A DNA stretch of 64,000 nt, from the NCBI GenBank assembly GCA_963706325.1, contig CAVPLT010000005.1:290454-354453 (forward strand), read 5' to 3'. How positions within the stretch are numbered: the stretch's first letter is position 1; every line of letters begins with the position of its first letter. Positions 43,942 to 53,207 of the stretch are shown here, one piece after another. The notes under the pieces were generated by a model. The model was not told where the DNA came from. It saw nothing but the letters and a program-made list of their open reading frames with translations, and did no database searches. The stretch is from an uncultured Nitrospiraceae bacterium. GTDB taxonomy: Bacteria; Nitrospirota; Nitrospiria; Nitrospirales; Nitrospiraceae. The position numbers and the translations under genes are program-made.

Positions 43942-43987
43942 TGGTGCCCCCCGGCCTGAATTGAACAGGCGACCTTCGGTTTAGGAA
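43942..43987 (-). repeat. att site: diverged 3' half of tRNA-Arg(CCT) including CCA
   Basis: Minus strand TTCCTAAACCGAAGGTCGCCTGTTCAATTCAGGCCGGGGGGCACCA vs tRNA TTCCTAAACCGCGGGTCGCACGTTCAATTCGTGTCGGGGGCACCA. Confidence 0.9.
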
Positions 43988-44117
43988 TCAGTGGAAAGGG
44001 GATGCTCAAGTCGTTGATGACTTGGGCATCTCCCGCCACTACAGCGGCTGGAGCGAGGTTGGCCTTCACTTCTAGTAGCAGCACTTCGTACCAATTCCAT
44101 TCGTTTTGTCTGTATTT

Positions 44118-44215
44118 CTAACACTAGGCTAACACCTGCCCCCCACCTGGCAGACCCCCCCGCCGTCATTGGGTATTGGTACCATCTGGGCAATGCGCGG
44201 TGAAAACAAAATGGG
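44118..44215. repeat. About 100-bp intergenic repeat, copy A (with TAACAC arm-like doublet)
   Basis: 22 bp identical to copy C; 17 bp identical to copy D. Confidence 0.85.
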
Positions 44216-44231
44216 CCGATGCGTCTCCATG

Positions 44232-44492
44232 CTAGGCTCGACGTTGTATGTCTTCGGAAATGCGGACATGCACATGACAGGTGATATCCATACCCGTGGC
44301 ATGTTGGCACCTGTTTTGGAGACAAGCCAAAACCATGCGCTTGACATGATTGACTGCCGCTGTTTGTGTGATGAACTTGCGTGTGTCAGGCACGGCGGTA
44401 ATCGGTGGAGTTCCGTCTGCAAAGGTCGCCTCGTAAACAAGAACATACCAGGCTTGGCACTTGCGTTGGAGTGTGATTGTAACTTCGACCAT
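44232..44492 (-). CDS. Small hypothetical protein
   Basis: 86-aa ORF ending just before repeat A. Confidence 0.5.
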   Translation of the reverse strand: MVEVTITLQRKCQAWYVLVYEATFADGTPPITAVPDTRKFITQTAAVNHVKRMVLACLQNRCQHATGMDITCHVHVRISEDIQRRA

Positions 44493-45205
44493 CGTACTGA
44501 AACGCTATTCAGGGTTGCGCGTAAAAACTGAGCCCCAAACTCTGAAGCGTGCGACCATATGATCGAGGCAGAGAAAAAGGTCAACGCAACGGCTTCATAT
44601 CTGGCTCGCGCTCAGGGTTCGTCACGACTTCCTGGCCGGGAGGTGTCAGGCCGAGTCGCCCCCGAGCCATGTTCCTTCAAAAATGAGACCAGGCCAAGCG
44701 TATCGAGCCGATGCTCGACCGTGTCACTCCTGTGTGCTGTAGCCACGCAGCATCGATCTTCAAGTAAAACTCACGAGTATCAGCCCTTCGTGTAAGCTGT
44801 ATATATTCCGAGTTGGCTGAAGGCTCTATCCGGAAACCACGTAAAAACAGATAGCATTCAACCAGATGTCGCTGAGTGAACATTCGTTGGTGGTTCAAGC
44901 ACACCCCTCAGACATCGAAAGGTCAATAGTCTTGAGAATGTCACTGTACCGGGTCAGGCAGGAATTACCACTAAGGATGTTCCTAGAGTCCAGTTGCATA
45001 GCCTCGGCACCTTTGTGCCATATCCTTGGGAGCACAATTTGGACTGCACTTTTGAAGCGTGGAGAGCGATGAGCCGTGGTATTCATAAGCCGTCGGTTTA
45101 TTCCCCGAACGACCTCGCCGAGCCCGTGAGGGGCCTCGAGAGCGAGAAGACGGCTAGGGGTTGCACTAGTTCTCGTCGGGCAATCCTGGATGTAATGGTT
45201 GTAAT

Positions 45206-45682
45206 ATGGCCTGCGAGCACGACTATCAACTGGAAACCGTCGGTGGCGTATACCTAACGGGGGCGTACGTCTGTCGGTTATGCAGCTACCGGATAGGAAT
45301 GTCCCACGAACAATTCCATCGACAAGCTATGTATCCAGGGCATTACCAAGCCGACGTGAGCGTCGCAGAAACCGTTGAACAGCGAGCACACCATGCGCGC
45401 GAACGGTATGTCCAACGGCTTAGGGACCAAATGAGGGAACTCTCCGGCGAGAATTTGCCATCTGTACTGAGCGAAGATGAGCGCCACGAAATTCTGACAG
45501 AAGTAATCCAGGAGGCCTTGTTGCAAGTCGTGAAGGACTGCCAGGAAGTAGCGAAGGGTTCTGGTCTGTCTGAAGCCAAGAAGGTTGCGGAGTTTATCGA
45601 GAGAAAACTTGGTGGCAGGACGAAAGATAATTCCTCGTCCCGTTACGCAATGCTGCCTAGCTGCCCTAGAAGGGATAGCTAG
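45206..45682 (+). CDS. Hypothetical protein
   Basis: CEH...CRLC N-terminus; helical C-terminus. Confidence 0.55.
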   Translation: MACEHDYQLETVGGVYLTGAYVCRLCSYRIGMSHEQFHRQAMYPGHYQADVSVAETVEQRAHHARERYVQRLRDQMRELSGENLPSVLSEDERHEILTEVIQEALLQVVKDCQEVAKGSGLSEAKKVAEFIERKLGGRTKDNSSSRYAMLPSCPRRDS

Positions 45683-45729
45683 GGGATAAGTGGCTCTCGC
45701 TAGTGGTCACCGGCGACCTTGCCGCTTGT

Positions 45730-46179
45730 ATGAACGCTAAGGCTTGGTTTCAGTTGCTTCTCGTTTCATTCTTGCCCCTCGTGTCCAGCTGCGCTGTTAC
45801 CGTCAAGGAGTTCCGCGAAAACCCCCTTATGGTCTTCAGTAAGGTCTCTGGCAGGCACGAGACTGTGGCGAATTGCATCATGCACCGCCTGGAGGAGACG
45901 GTGGACACCTGGCCGGACATGTTCAGGCTTACGACAGAAGGGGCCCGCACATCACTCCTAATCAGCCGGTTACAATTGGCCGGACCGTTTTTGTTCAAGC
46001 TTTCACCGCTTGCGGAGATGGTCTTTACAGAGACCAGGCCAAAAGATCTTCTTGTCGAGGCTAGATACCGAACATCTGTCGATGGCGAGTACTATCTGGA
46101 ACAGGCGAAACCATTAATTGCCAGTTGTGGCAAGCAGTCCCTGTCTAACAATACCTCAGCTTCCTTTCGCACTCATTGA
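45730..46179 (+). CDS. Lipoprotein
   Basis: Signal peptide ending VSSC; two further Cys. Confidence 0.7.
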   Translation: MNAKAWFQLLLVSFLPLVSSCAVTVKEFRENPLMVFSKVSGRHETVANCIMHRLEETVDTWPDMFRLTTEGARTSLLISRLQLAGPFLFKLSPLAEMVFTETRPKDLLVEARYRTSVDGEYYLEQAKPLIASCGKQSLSNNTSASFRTH

Positions 46180-46294
46180 CCACCGAGCCACCAGCGGGCC
46201 CGATTCACCCCCAACGACGACCGGCATGGGAACCATCACCCCTCAAGAACGTAGGTCAAAACAAAGGTACCCACCTGTCATTAGGTCCCAGATT

Positions 46295-46373
46295 CACCCC
46301 ACCGTCATCGGTTCACCGTGCCGCCCCTGATTGGGTCGGGTCCCATACCTGACATGTGCGCTTCAAACAAAAG
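46295..46373. repeat. Intergenic repeat, copy B
   Basis: cgtc.tcggttcacc.tgcc shared with C; ccatacc.gaca.g.gcg shared with D; ends aaacaaaag. Confidence 0.75.
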
Positions 46374-46853
46374 TGAGCATGGGTGATTTTGGCACGAAAA
46401 CGGCGTTGGCAGTTTGTGCATGACACTCCGAGAGGTCGCCTTGCATCGGACTGCCTAACTTATGGTGAGATCGGTGTGAATGACAGCCTTGGCATGGGCG
46501 TGTGCGCCTGTCTGAGGTTGGCTCAGACGCAGAAGATCTAGAACCACACCGTAAGCCTTGATACGTCCTTCTGATCGCTTCCTCTCGTTCACAGGTTTGT
46601 TCGGCCAACATACGCTGCCCGACCGTGTACGTCTGGCAGGTTGGCTCGGACGCATAAACCGGCCACTGACCGTGTCATACACTTGCCGAGAAAGAGTCTC
46701 AAGGGCCACCGTTCTCGGGTCTGGCTGAACTACACGAAGACGCTGCAAGATTCCAGACTAGGGACAAGAACGTCGACGAGACCACAGGGAGTTAGTCATG
46801 TGCGGCGTCAGAGGTAGTCGAACCGCGAAGGAAGGTCCTGAACGGCGTACAGG

Positions 46854-47258
46854 CTACAGACGGGCCCAAGGTCTCAACGTACCGATAGAATTGAGATGCA
46901 CCAAAATTCGACCGCTTCCTAGCAGGTAGTCAACGTGCGCGTGGAATTGGCCCTGCACCGAACAACTGGCGATGACGTCGGCCAATCCCGGCTGGGCCAC
47001 ATACCTGACACCCCCCAACTCCCGGCACCAATCCGCTTCGATATTGAGATGCTCCTCCAGCTCCCACACAGCAGACTCGCTCTCCGGCACGGAGATATGC
47101 AGATGAAGCATATTAAGTTCAATCGACGAATCGGGATACATGTTCATGAACGTGCCTGCGCTCACGTTCCCGTTCACGCGTACCATGTACCGTCTCCTGG
47201 AAGGATCACAAAAGTCCTCACACTCATCCAGTACTGGAGGGGTGACAACACACATCAC
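46854..47258 (-). CDS. Hypothetical protein
   Basis: 134-aa ORF with protein-like composition. Confidence 0.45.
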   Translation of the reverse strand: MMCVVTPPVLDECEDFCDPSRRRYMVRVNGNVSAGTFMNMYPDSSIELNMLHLHISVPESESAVWELEEHLNIEADWCRELGGVRYVAQPGLADVIASCSVQGQFHAHVDYLLGSGRILVHLNSIGTLRPWARL

Positions 47259-47279
47259 AGGCTGGTGGGATCAATGGAG

Positions 47280-47456
47280 TCAAGGCTCATCCCTGCCAGC
47301 GATGAGAGCCTTGCAGCGATCCATCATGGACGATGCGTAGTAACTCATGACGGCGCATTCCACGATGTTCATCTGCGGGATGTCCTTCAGGGCTGGAGAC
47401 AGCAGGGACTCACACAGTCGCGCGAAGTCTTGGAGTTCTTGACGGACGTTTTCCAT
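47280..47456 (-). CDS. Small hypothetical protein (MENVRQELQDF...)
   Basis: Helical, protein-like 58-aa ORF. Confidence 0.45.
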   Translation of the reverse strand: MENVRQELQDFARLCESLLSPALKDIPQMNIVECAVMSYYASSMMDRCKALIAGRDEP

Positions 47457-47853
47457 TACCACACCATCCAAGTGAGTGCTACAAAACAAAGCAGCAACCC
47501 CACCGCCTCCAACGTGGCAACACACCAATATTCTTTGTCATCCATTCTTGTGCCGTGTCCTTTCCTTGAGAATGAGGTCAAAGGACAGTGGAACACGGCA
47601 GGCTTGGAAGTGCGATATGTCTAATGAGGAGTTGTTAGAAGTACGTACAAGGACGGAACAACGGGCGCGTGAGAGACACGGCACAAGGGGGTGTTGGAGC
47701 CATACAATGGGTCCCACCTGTCAATCCCAAAAGATTAAGACCATCAAAAGACGGAGCAACCACATACAGTACACGGTGATTTATCGGGATCTTCACCAAG
47801 TGACAAACTAGAGAAAGAGAAGGTATGCTCCTCCCGCAGGAATGAGGTGAGAA

Positions 47854-48837
47854 ATGGTTTCCAACGCTGCTTTACACGTTTCGAATGCCAAGCAAGGTGC
47901 TGATCCTCGTGCCGCTCTCGCGGAGTTGAAGACGGAGGCGCGTGGATGCCAAACCCCCAAGCAATTTCGTGACCTCCTCAAGCATGTGCAGGCGTGCATC
48001 CCTTACAGTAAATTCGCCGGCACGTGGGGCTATCCCTCGCGCACCATCCTCCGCTTTTTCTTTAATCAGGGATTTTCCCGCGACCTGATTCGCTGGCGTC
48101 TCACGACCGGCGCATTGTGGACCAGTCCGTTGTTTGAGGAATGGCTTCGGACAAAGCAAACAATCCTGTGGTGCGATGCCGTGAAGCCCCTGAAGGCGCA
48201 ATTTGATCCTGAACTGCTCCGGCGGATGAAGCAGGCTGGGGCACAGTATGCGCTGTGCGGGGGATTGGCTAGCCCAGACTACTACGTATTATTTGCAGCC
48301 GCCATGCCGTCTGCGGCGAGTGGAAGAGCGCATCTGAAGCAATTCAAGTCCATTGTTCCATTGCTGGTCCAGGCGAGCCAGCGTGCTTATCCAGATGGAT
48401 TGCTCACAAAGCGCGAGACGGTTGTGCTTGAACGTCGCGCAATGGGAGAGATTATTAAACAGATTGCGTTGGCCGAAGGGATCAGCGAGCGTACAGTTCG
48501 TGAGCACTTCCAGCGGATCAAAAAGAAGCTCTATACCGATGATCTGGTAAACGCTGTCGTCATCGCAGTGAAAAGCGGGTTGCTACTTCCTGCTGGAAAA
48601 AAAGGTTTAGTGAAGCACCCACTTCGCACGGAGTCGGGGTTAGACACGCCAGCCCTGAATCCTGATAGAAGGGGCCGACATACTGAAGAGCGTTGTGCTT
48701 CCAGCCTAAACAGATATTTCGCCAGCCGAATCTGGCTGAGCCGTCCATTCTGCCAGTCCCAGGCCAGCATTTTCTCCTTCACGAGACTGTCTCGCACTTC
48801 TAGGACCACAGCGCGGTTGTCGTCTCGATACCAGTAG
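47854..48837 (+). CDS. LuxR-family regulator with autoinducer-binding-like N-domain
   Basis: LTKRETVVL...G..IKQIA...GISERTVREHFQRIKKKL HTH; the tail after about 48610 may be read-through. Confidence 0.85.
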   Translation: MVSNAALHVSNAKQGADPRAALAELKTEARGCQTPKQFRDLLKHVQACIPYSKFAGTWGYPSRTILRFFFNQGFSRDLIRWRLTTGALWTSPLFEEWLRTKQTILWCDAVKPLKAQFDPELLRRMKQAGAQYALCGGLASPDYYVLFAAAMPSAASGRAHLKQFKSIVPLLVQASQRAYPDGLLTKRETVVLERRAMGEIIKQIALAEGISERTVREHFQRIKKKLYTDDLVNAVVIAVKSGLLLPAGKKGLVKHPLRTESGLDTPALNPDRRGRHTEERCASSLNRYFASRIWLSRPFCQSQASIFSFTRLSRTSRTTARLSSRYQ

Positions 48838-48875
48838 AAGCCTGCTTTAGTGGGGTGCTCCGTGGTCCATTTCAT
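48531..48875 (-). CDS. Mobile-element-type small protein (MKWTTEHPTKAGFYWYR), C-terminus uncertain
   Basis: WTxxxPxxxGxYWY N-terminus; starts 15 nt from repeat C; overlaps the LuxR tail. Confidence 0.45.
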   Translation of the reverse strand: MKWTTEHPTKAGFYWYRDDNRAVVLEVRDSLVKEKMLAWDWQNGRLSQIRLAKYLFRLEAQRSSVCRPLLSGFRAGVSNPDSVRSGCFTKPFFPAGSSNPLFTAMTTAFTRSSV

Positions 48876-48889
48876 TGCCGTTATCAATT

Positions 48890-48987
48890 CTAACTAGGCT
48901 AACACCTGCCCCCCGTCGTCGGTTCACCCTGCCACCGCCATTGGGTTGGGACTCCTGTGGGAAATGTGCGGTTAAAACAAAAGGGGG
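48890..48987. repeat. Intergenic repeat, copy C
   Basis: actaggctaacacctgcccccc identical to A; cattgggt and aaaacaaaa conserved. Confidence 0.85.
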
Positions 48988-49320
48988 AGATTTAGCTATT
49001 GAACGCTTATTGGAAATGATGATGTCTGTGTAGGGGTCCGACCTACGGCCAGCTGTTTCATCCTCAACCCGCCCCCAGGTGCCCACGCGCTCAGAGACTT
49101 CATGGCACGAGCGTGGAACGGGCTGAAGTAAGGCTTGACTCTGGATTACAGGGGGAGCCAAGCTGAAATATCCGTGGAGGTCTGTATGAATCCTCGGGTA
49201 ATGCCGCATCCCACCACCACTTTCTTCTATCCTTATGATAGCCGTGCATCTCCCTGCTCCCTCTCGGTTGTTAATGTGAAAGCCAGATGACAATCAATCG
49301 ATGAGAAGGAGTAGTTGGCT

Positions 49321-49641
49321 ATGAAAACACTAACCTCAGTAGCTCTTAGTCTATTGTCTGGAACGCTCGTCGCCACCGTGGCGTTCGGTAATCCGACAAT
49401 GCTGCCACAGCATCCCGGTTACCCCATGAACAAAGCGATAGATCCAGTCGGCGGCCAATCGCTTGCGAATGATCCTGGCCGCCAGAATGCCGTAGGGGAC
49501 TCCGCGCTTCGTCAGTCGGCGGCCATCAGTGACGCGAATCTGTCCCAACAGTTATCGCCCAGCGACCAGGACAAACTCAGTGAAACGCCCGCAACTGATG
49601 TCAAATCGAAAGAGCAGGAGCCCAAGACGGATCGCCGATGA
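49321..49641 (+). CDS. Exported hypothetical protein
   Basis: AAGGAG RBS, signal peptide, NPTMLPQHPGYP. Confidence 0.75.
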   Translation: MKTLTSVALSLLSGTLVATVAFGNPTMLPQHPGYPMNKAIDPVGGQSLANDPGRQNAVGDSALRQSAAISDANLSQQLSPSDQDKLSETPATDVKSKEQEPKTDRR

Positions 49642-49952
49642 AGGGCAATGCACAACCTTAACAGCAAAAATAGATTTCTGGTGACGGGTGGTGGCGAGAG
49701 GGTCTGCAGGGTACGGCAAGGGGACAGCGATAAAAGCCGTGTCCTGCGGCTCTCATCCCAAACTTCATGCACAGAGAGTACACACACACACACTGATCTC
49801 TCCTGACTACTCCCGCGCGAACATGCTGAGTAGCGACAGGAAGAACACCATCGCCATCAACGCTACAAGAACTCGTCACTTGATAGTCTGCCTTCCGGCG
49901 GGTGAGTGATCAAGTTCACTGCCATCTGTGCTGTTTCTCATATCAATACCAT

Positions 49953-50035
49953 ACTAACATCACCCCACCTGGCAGACCCGCCCCCCGTCATTGGTTCTGG
50001 TTCCATACCCGACACGCGCGGGTAAAACAAAAGGC
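49953..50035. repeat. Intergenic repeat, copy D
   Basis: ccccacctggcagaccc identical to A; ccgtcattgg and aaaacaaaa conserved. Confidence 0.85.
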
Positions 50036-50062
50036 GGAGAGGCGTTGCACGGAGACACGATG

Positions 50063-51466
50063 TCAATGGTCGGCTAGGCTTGACATCTCTTTGGGGGACC
50101 TCCGGTTGCACCAAAGCGTAGCCCACCAGAGAGCGAGGGTCGGAATAAGGAAGGCCTCGATGAGGAGTCCTTTGTACGCGTCGGGCCCAGCCCGCACGAA
50201 CGGTGGTAGCGCGGCCACCAGCCCTAAAGGTGCCACAATGGCGAGCAAATTCTGCCAACGGGGATCCCCTTTGTTCGCTTTGACGTGGGCCCTGTAGCAG
50301 CCACCCCAGACAAGACCCAGCAAGACCGCGCCAGCCACGATTCCCCATACGCCGAAGTTTAGGTACCACCCGGTTGCATGGTGGAGGGTATAGGCTTCTC
50401 CGGTGGGGCCCTCGTCGATTCCAAGACTTTGAGCATATTCAGTATAGCTGGCCGACGAACGTTCACCTCGGAACACACTGGGAACTAACGATGCGGCCAG
50501 CGAGATGAAGCTTGATCCATACGTCAGAGGCGCATGAGACTCTAGTAGACCATAGAGCGAGAAATGAGCGGCAAAGGCCTCCCCGCTCGAACGGATCCCC
50601 GGTGCCTCCTCCAATGCTTCCCACCACGTTTCCGTATCTAATAAGGCCAGCATTGGCAAGCTTCTGAGAAAATTGATGGCTCCAATGAATAAGAAGACAA
50701 CGAGGGCCATCGGTATCGTCAGCTTCCACTGTATCCGCGTCGTATTCGTGGAATAAAACAACCCACTTAATATCAATGCCGAGAGCAGCTCATTTTTATT
50801 GCCAAGCATGGCCAAGTACCCAAGCGTGCCAACTAGCAGGAGCACGTACATGACACCGATACCGACGGACTGGCTCCCTTGGATGAAGAGCGCCCGACCA
50901 GGGGTCAGGTACACTGCGAATCCAAGCGCCAAGGAAAACACCGCCATGCGATTGAACACTTGATGAATGGTAAATAAAGGATGGTAGGCACCCAGTCCGC
51001 CTCTTGTTGCCACATACGCCGATATGTTCATTTCAGCGGCACTGGTGAGCTGTTCCGCCAAAATGATGAAACTTCCGATGACACTGACGGTAGCCAGTAT
51101 GAAAAGCGAGACATGGGAAATGTGAATTGGCGCACCGGCCAGCGATTCACCCACCGGGGAGCGTCCGCTGACCTTCCACAAGAGGGTAAGCTCGACGAGC
51201 ATGATAAACGCCGCATAGAGAACCAACGTCATCATGTAGTCATCATTCAACTGGATGGGATACATCCGCTCGGCGAGATAATCATATTGCTTTTCACTCT
51301 CCCCACCCAGTTGAGCGCCGACAATTGACCAGGCCCCATAGAGAGACCAGTAGTAGAGGAGGCCAATTCCTACAAGAAAACTTATCTGCCGGGTGAGTAC
51401 AGACAACAGCGCCGCCAGGGCGGCAATCGCTGCGGTGACAAGCGTTAAGACGACATAAAAATCCAT
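50063..51466 (-). CDS. Polysaccharide polymerase Wzy-like membrane protein
   Basis: About 11 TMs, late periplasmic loop with LTYGSSF...LVPS and GWYLNFGVWG. Confidence 0.75.
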   Translation of the reverse strand: MDFYVVLTLVTAAIAALAALLSVLTRQISFLVGIGLLYYWSLYGAWSIVGAQLGGESEKQYDYLAERMYPIQLNDDYMMTLVLYAAFIMLVELTLLWKVSGRSPVGESLAGAPIHISHVSLFILATVSVIGSFIILAEQLTSAAEMNISAYVATRGGLGAYHPLFTIHQVFNRMAVFSLALGFAVYLTPGRALFIQGSQSVGIGVMYVLLLVGTLGYLAMLGNKNELLSALILSGLFYSTNTTRIQWKLTIPMALVVFLFIGAINFLRSLPMLALLDTETWWEALEEAPGIRSSGEAFAAHFSLYGLLESHAPLTYGSSFISLAASLVPSVFRGERSSASYTEYAQSLGIDEGPTGEAYTLHHATGWYLNFGVWGIVAGAVLLGLVWGGCYRAHVKANKGDPRWQNLLAIVAPLGLVAALPPFVRAGPDAYKGLLIEAFLIPTLALWWATLWCNRRSPKEMSSLADH

Positions 51467-51514
51467 GCAGGTTCCGGTATGCGGCAGGTCAGGAAATCGA
51501 AGGCGGATTATACG

Positions 51515-52609
51515 TCAGGGCCGATCCAGCGTCGAATGTTCACTGAACATAGCGGTAATAACTTTAGGCATCGCCAGGAATAGGAGACCTTTGAGTGAGC
51601 CCACCCCATGCCCTATGTGCCGAATAGCGTAGACGAGCGGGAGGGTCGCCATGTATGTCGCGCACTTCAAACGAATGGACATCCGAAGGGACATTGCCAG
51701 GGTCACGACCACATACGTCGCGCCGATTGTAGCCGGGACCCAGGTCCACGGCGATTCAGTTATCCACCCTGCCAACAGTGCGAGGAGAGCGAGCACGAAC
51801 GCAAGGGGAACGTAGTGTCGCCATGACGCCGCCTGTTTGCGAAATTTCCAGGCGTAGACGGCCCAGAATCCATCTGCAAGGTTATGCTTCCAGAACGTCC
51901 ACAAATCGGCATCTGCGTAATAGGTGACGTTGATCTGCGGCACCAGGAGAATCCGTCCTCCATTCGCGAGATTCTTTTGTTGTGTTCCATGTCTGAGTTG
52001 CGGATCTAATCGTTCGTCAAAGAGTCCTATCTCGTCAAATAGCTCTCGTTTCCAACATCCAAAGGCCACAGCATCGGTGTAGCGGAGGTCGGCTGCCCCC
52101 ACTTTTACCGCCGCATTGCCCGAACCAAAGGGGTCGGACAACACGAAGGCGATAGACTTTGCTATCAAAGTCTCGTTTCGGGGGGCAATGGTGAGCACAC
52201 CGCCAACCATTTGTTCTCTGCAGGTCATCAGATAGTGAACACATTGACGAATGTAATCTGTCGGGTAGGAAGAATGGGCGTCCGCCTTCATCACAACGTA
52301 GCCAGTCGATCGACCAATGCCGAGGTTCATGGCAGCGGGAATGGTCCGCTGTTCATTTTGTATCAGGAAAATGTTGGAGTGCTGAGCGACATACTCCTGA
52401 ACCACCTCTGTGGTACCGTCCACACTCATGCCATCGACCACGAGAATCTCCAGCCGATCCACGGGATAGTCGTTTGAGAGCAATGAATCAAGGCACGGGG
52501 CAATGCACGTTTGCTCATCCCGGCACGGGATAATCACCGAAACAGGTGGAGGATTCTCTTCCAGCGATTGGAAAGGACCCTTGGTGTATTGGACAGACGC
52601 GAATTTCAT
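51515..52609 (-). CDS. GT2 glycosyltransferase (ExoA-like, C-terminal TMs)
   Basis: VSVIIPCRDE, VVDGMSVDGT, KADAH and IGLFDERL motifs; a short locally shifted stretch near 51960-52005 is likely. Confidence 0.9.
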   Translation of the reverse strand: MKFASVQYTKGPFQSLEENPPPVSVIIPCRDEQTCIAPCLDSLLSNDYPVDRLEILVVDGMSVDGTTEVVQEYVAQHSNIFLIQNEQRTIPAAMNLGIGRSTGYVVMKADAHSSYPTDYIRQCVHYLMTCREQMVGGVLTIAPRNETLIAKSIAFVLSDPFGSGNAAVKVGAADLRYTDAVAFGCWKRELFDEIGLFDERLDPQLRHGTQQKNLANGGRILLVPQINVTYYADADLWTFWKHNLADGFWAVYAWKFRKQAASWRHYVPLAFVLALLALLAGWITESPWTWVPATIGATYVVVTLAMSLRMSIRLKCATYMATLPLVYAIRHIGHGVGSLKGLLFLAMPKVITAMFSEHSTLDRP

Positions 52610-53000
52610 TCTGGAGCAATCAGATAACGCCTGGAGGTAGTTTAGAGGTTATGGGTCAAGTAGCGTAGTCGTCTCAACAGCGGGCTGACCCGCAGCACGT
52701 TATGACAAGTCTCTATAGCTACACCATGGGGCTACGAATGTCTACGGGGGTCAATTGGGAGGAGTTAGACAGACTGAAAAGGTGGATGTAATGGACGAGG
52801 CACTACAGGCTAGATAACCATTACTTGCCCTGCGAAGCTTTCCCCATGTACGTCTGTATGTCCTTAATAACCTCTGCATAATAGAGGCAACTACATAATA
52901 ACGAGACGAGCGTGGTGCATACGGTACAGCGGCCAGTTGTTGCCTATAGTGACACAGGATAAGGCCACTCTATAAGCTGTTACCGTTATTAGTTTGTGAC

Positions 53001-53091
53001 CTAATAGGCGTTCTATGAAAGTCTATGAGGGTGTGAGTGGGGATGAATTGGTAGCCCATTCAAGGTCGGTCTAAAAGTAACGGAAGCGGTG
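53001..53091. repeat. About 90-bp direct repeat, family 2, copy 1
   Basis: ctaataggcgttctatgaaagtctatgagggtgtgagtggggatg...gaagcggtg aligns with 54229-54311. Confidence 0.8.
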
Positions 53092-53207
53092 CGCCTGGAA
53101 CGCAGACCTGTACTCAAGTAAGTGCCCTCACACCAATCTTTCTTCTTCCCCTGCCCCCTGTAAGGCACAGCCAACCCCGCATATGGAACTCGCTGCGGCC
53201 TGAGGTC

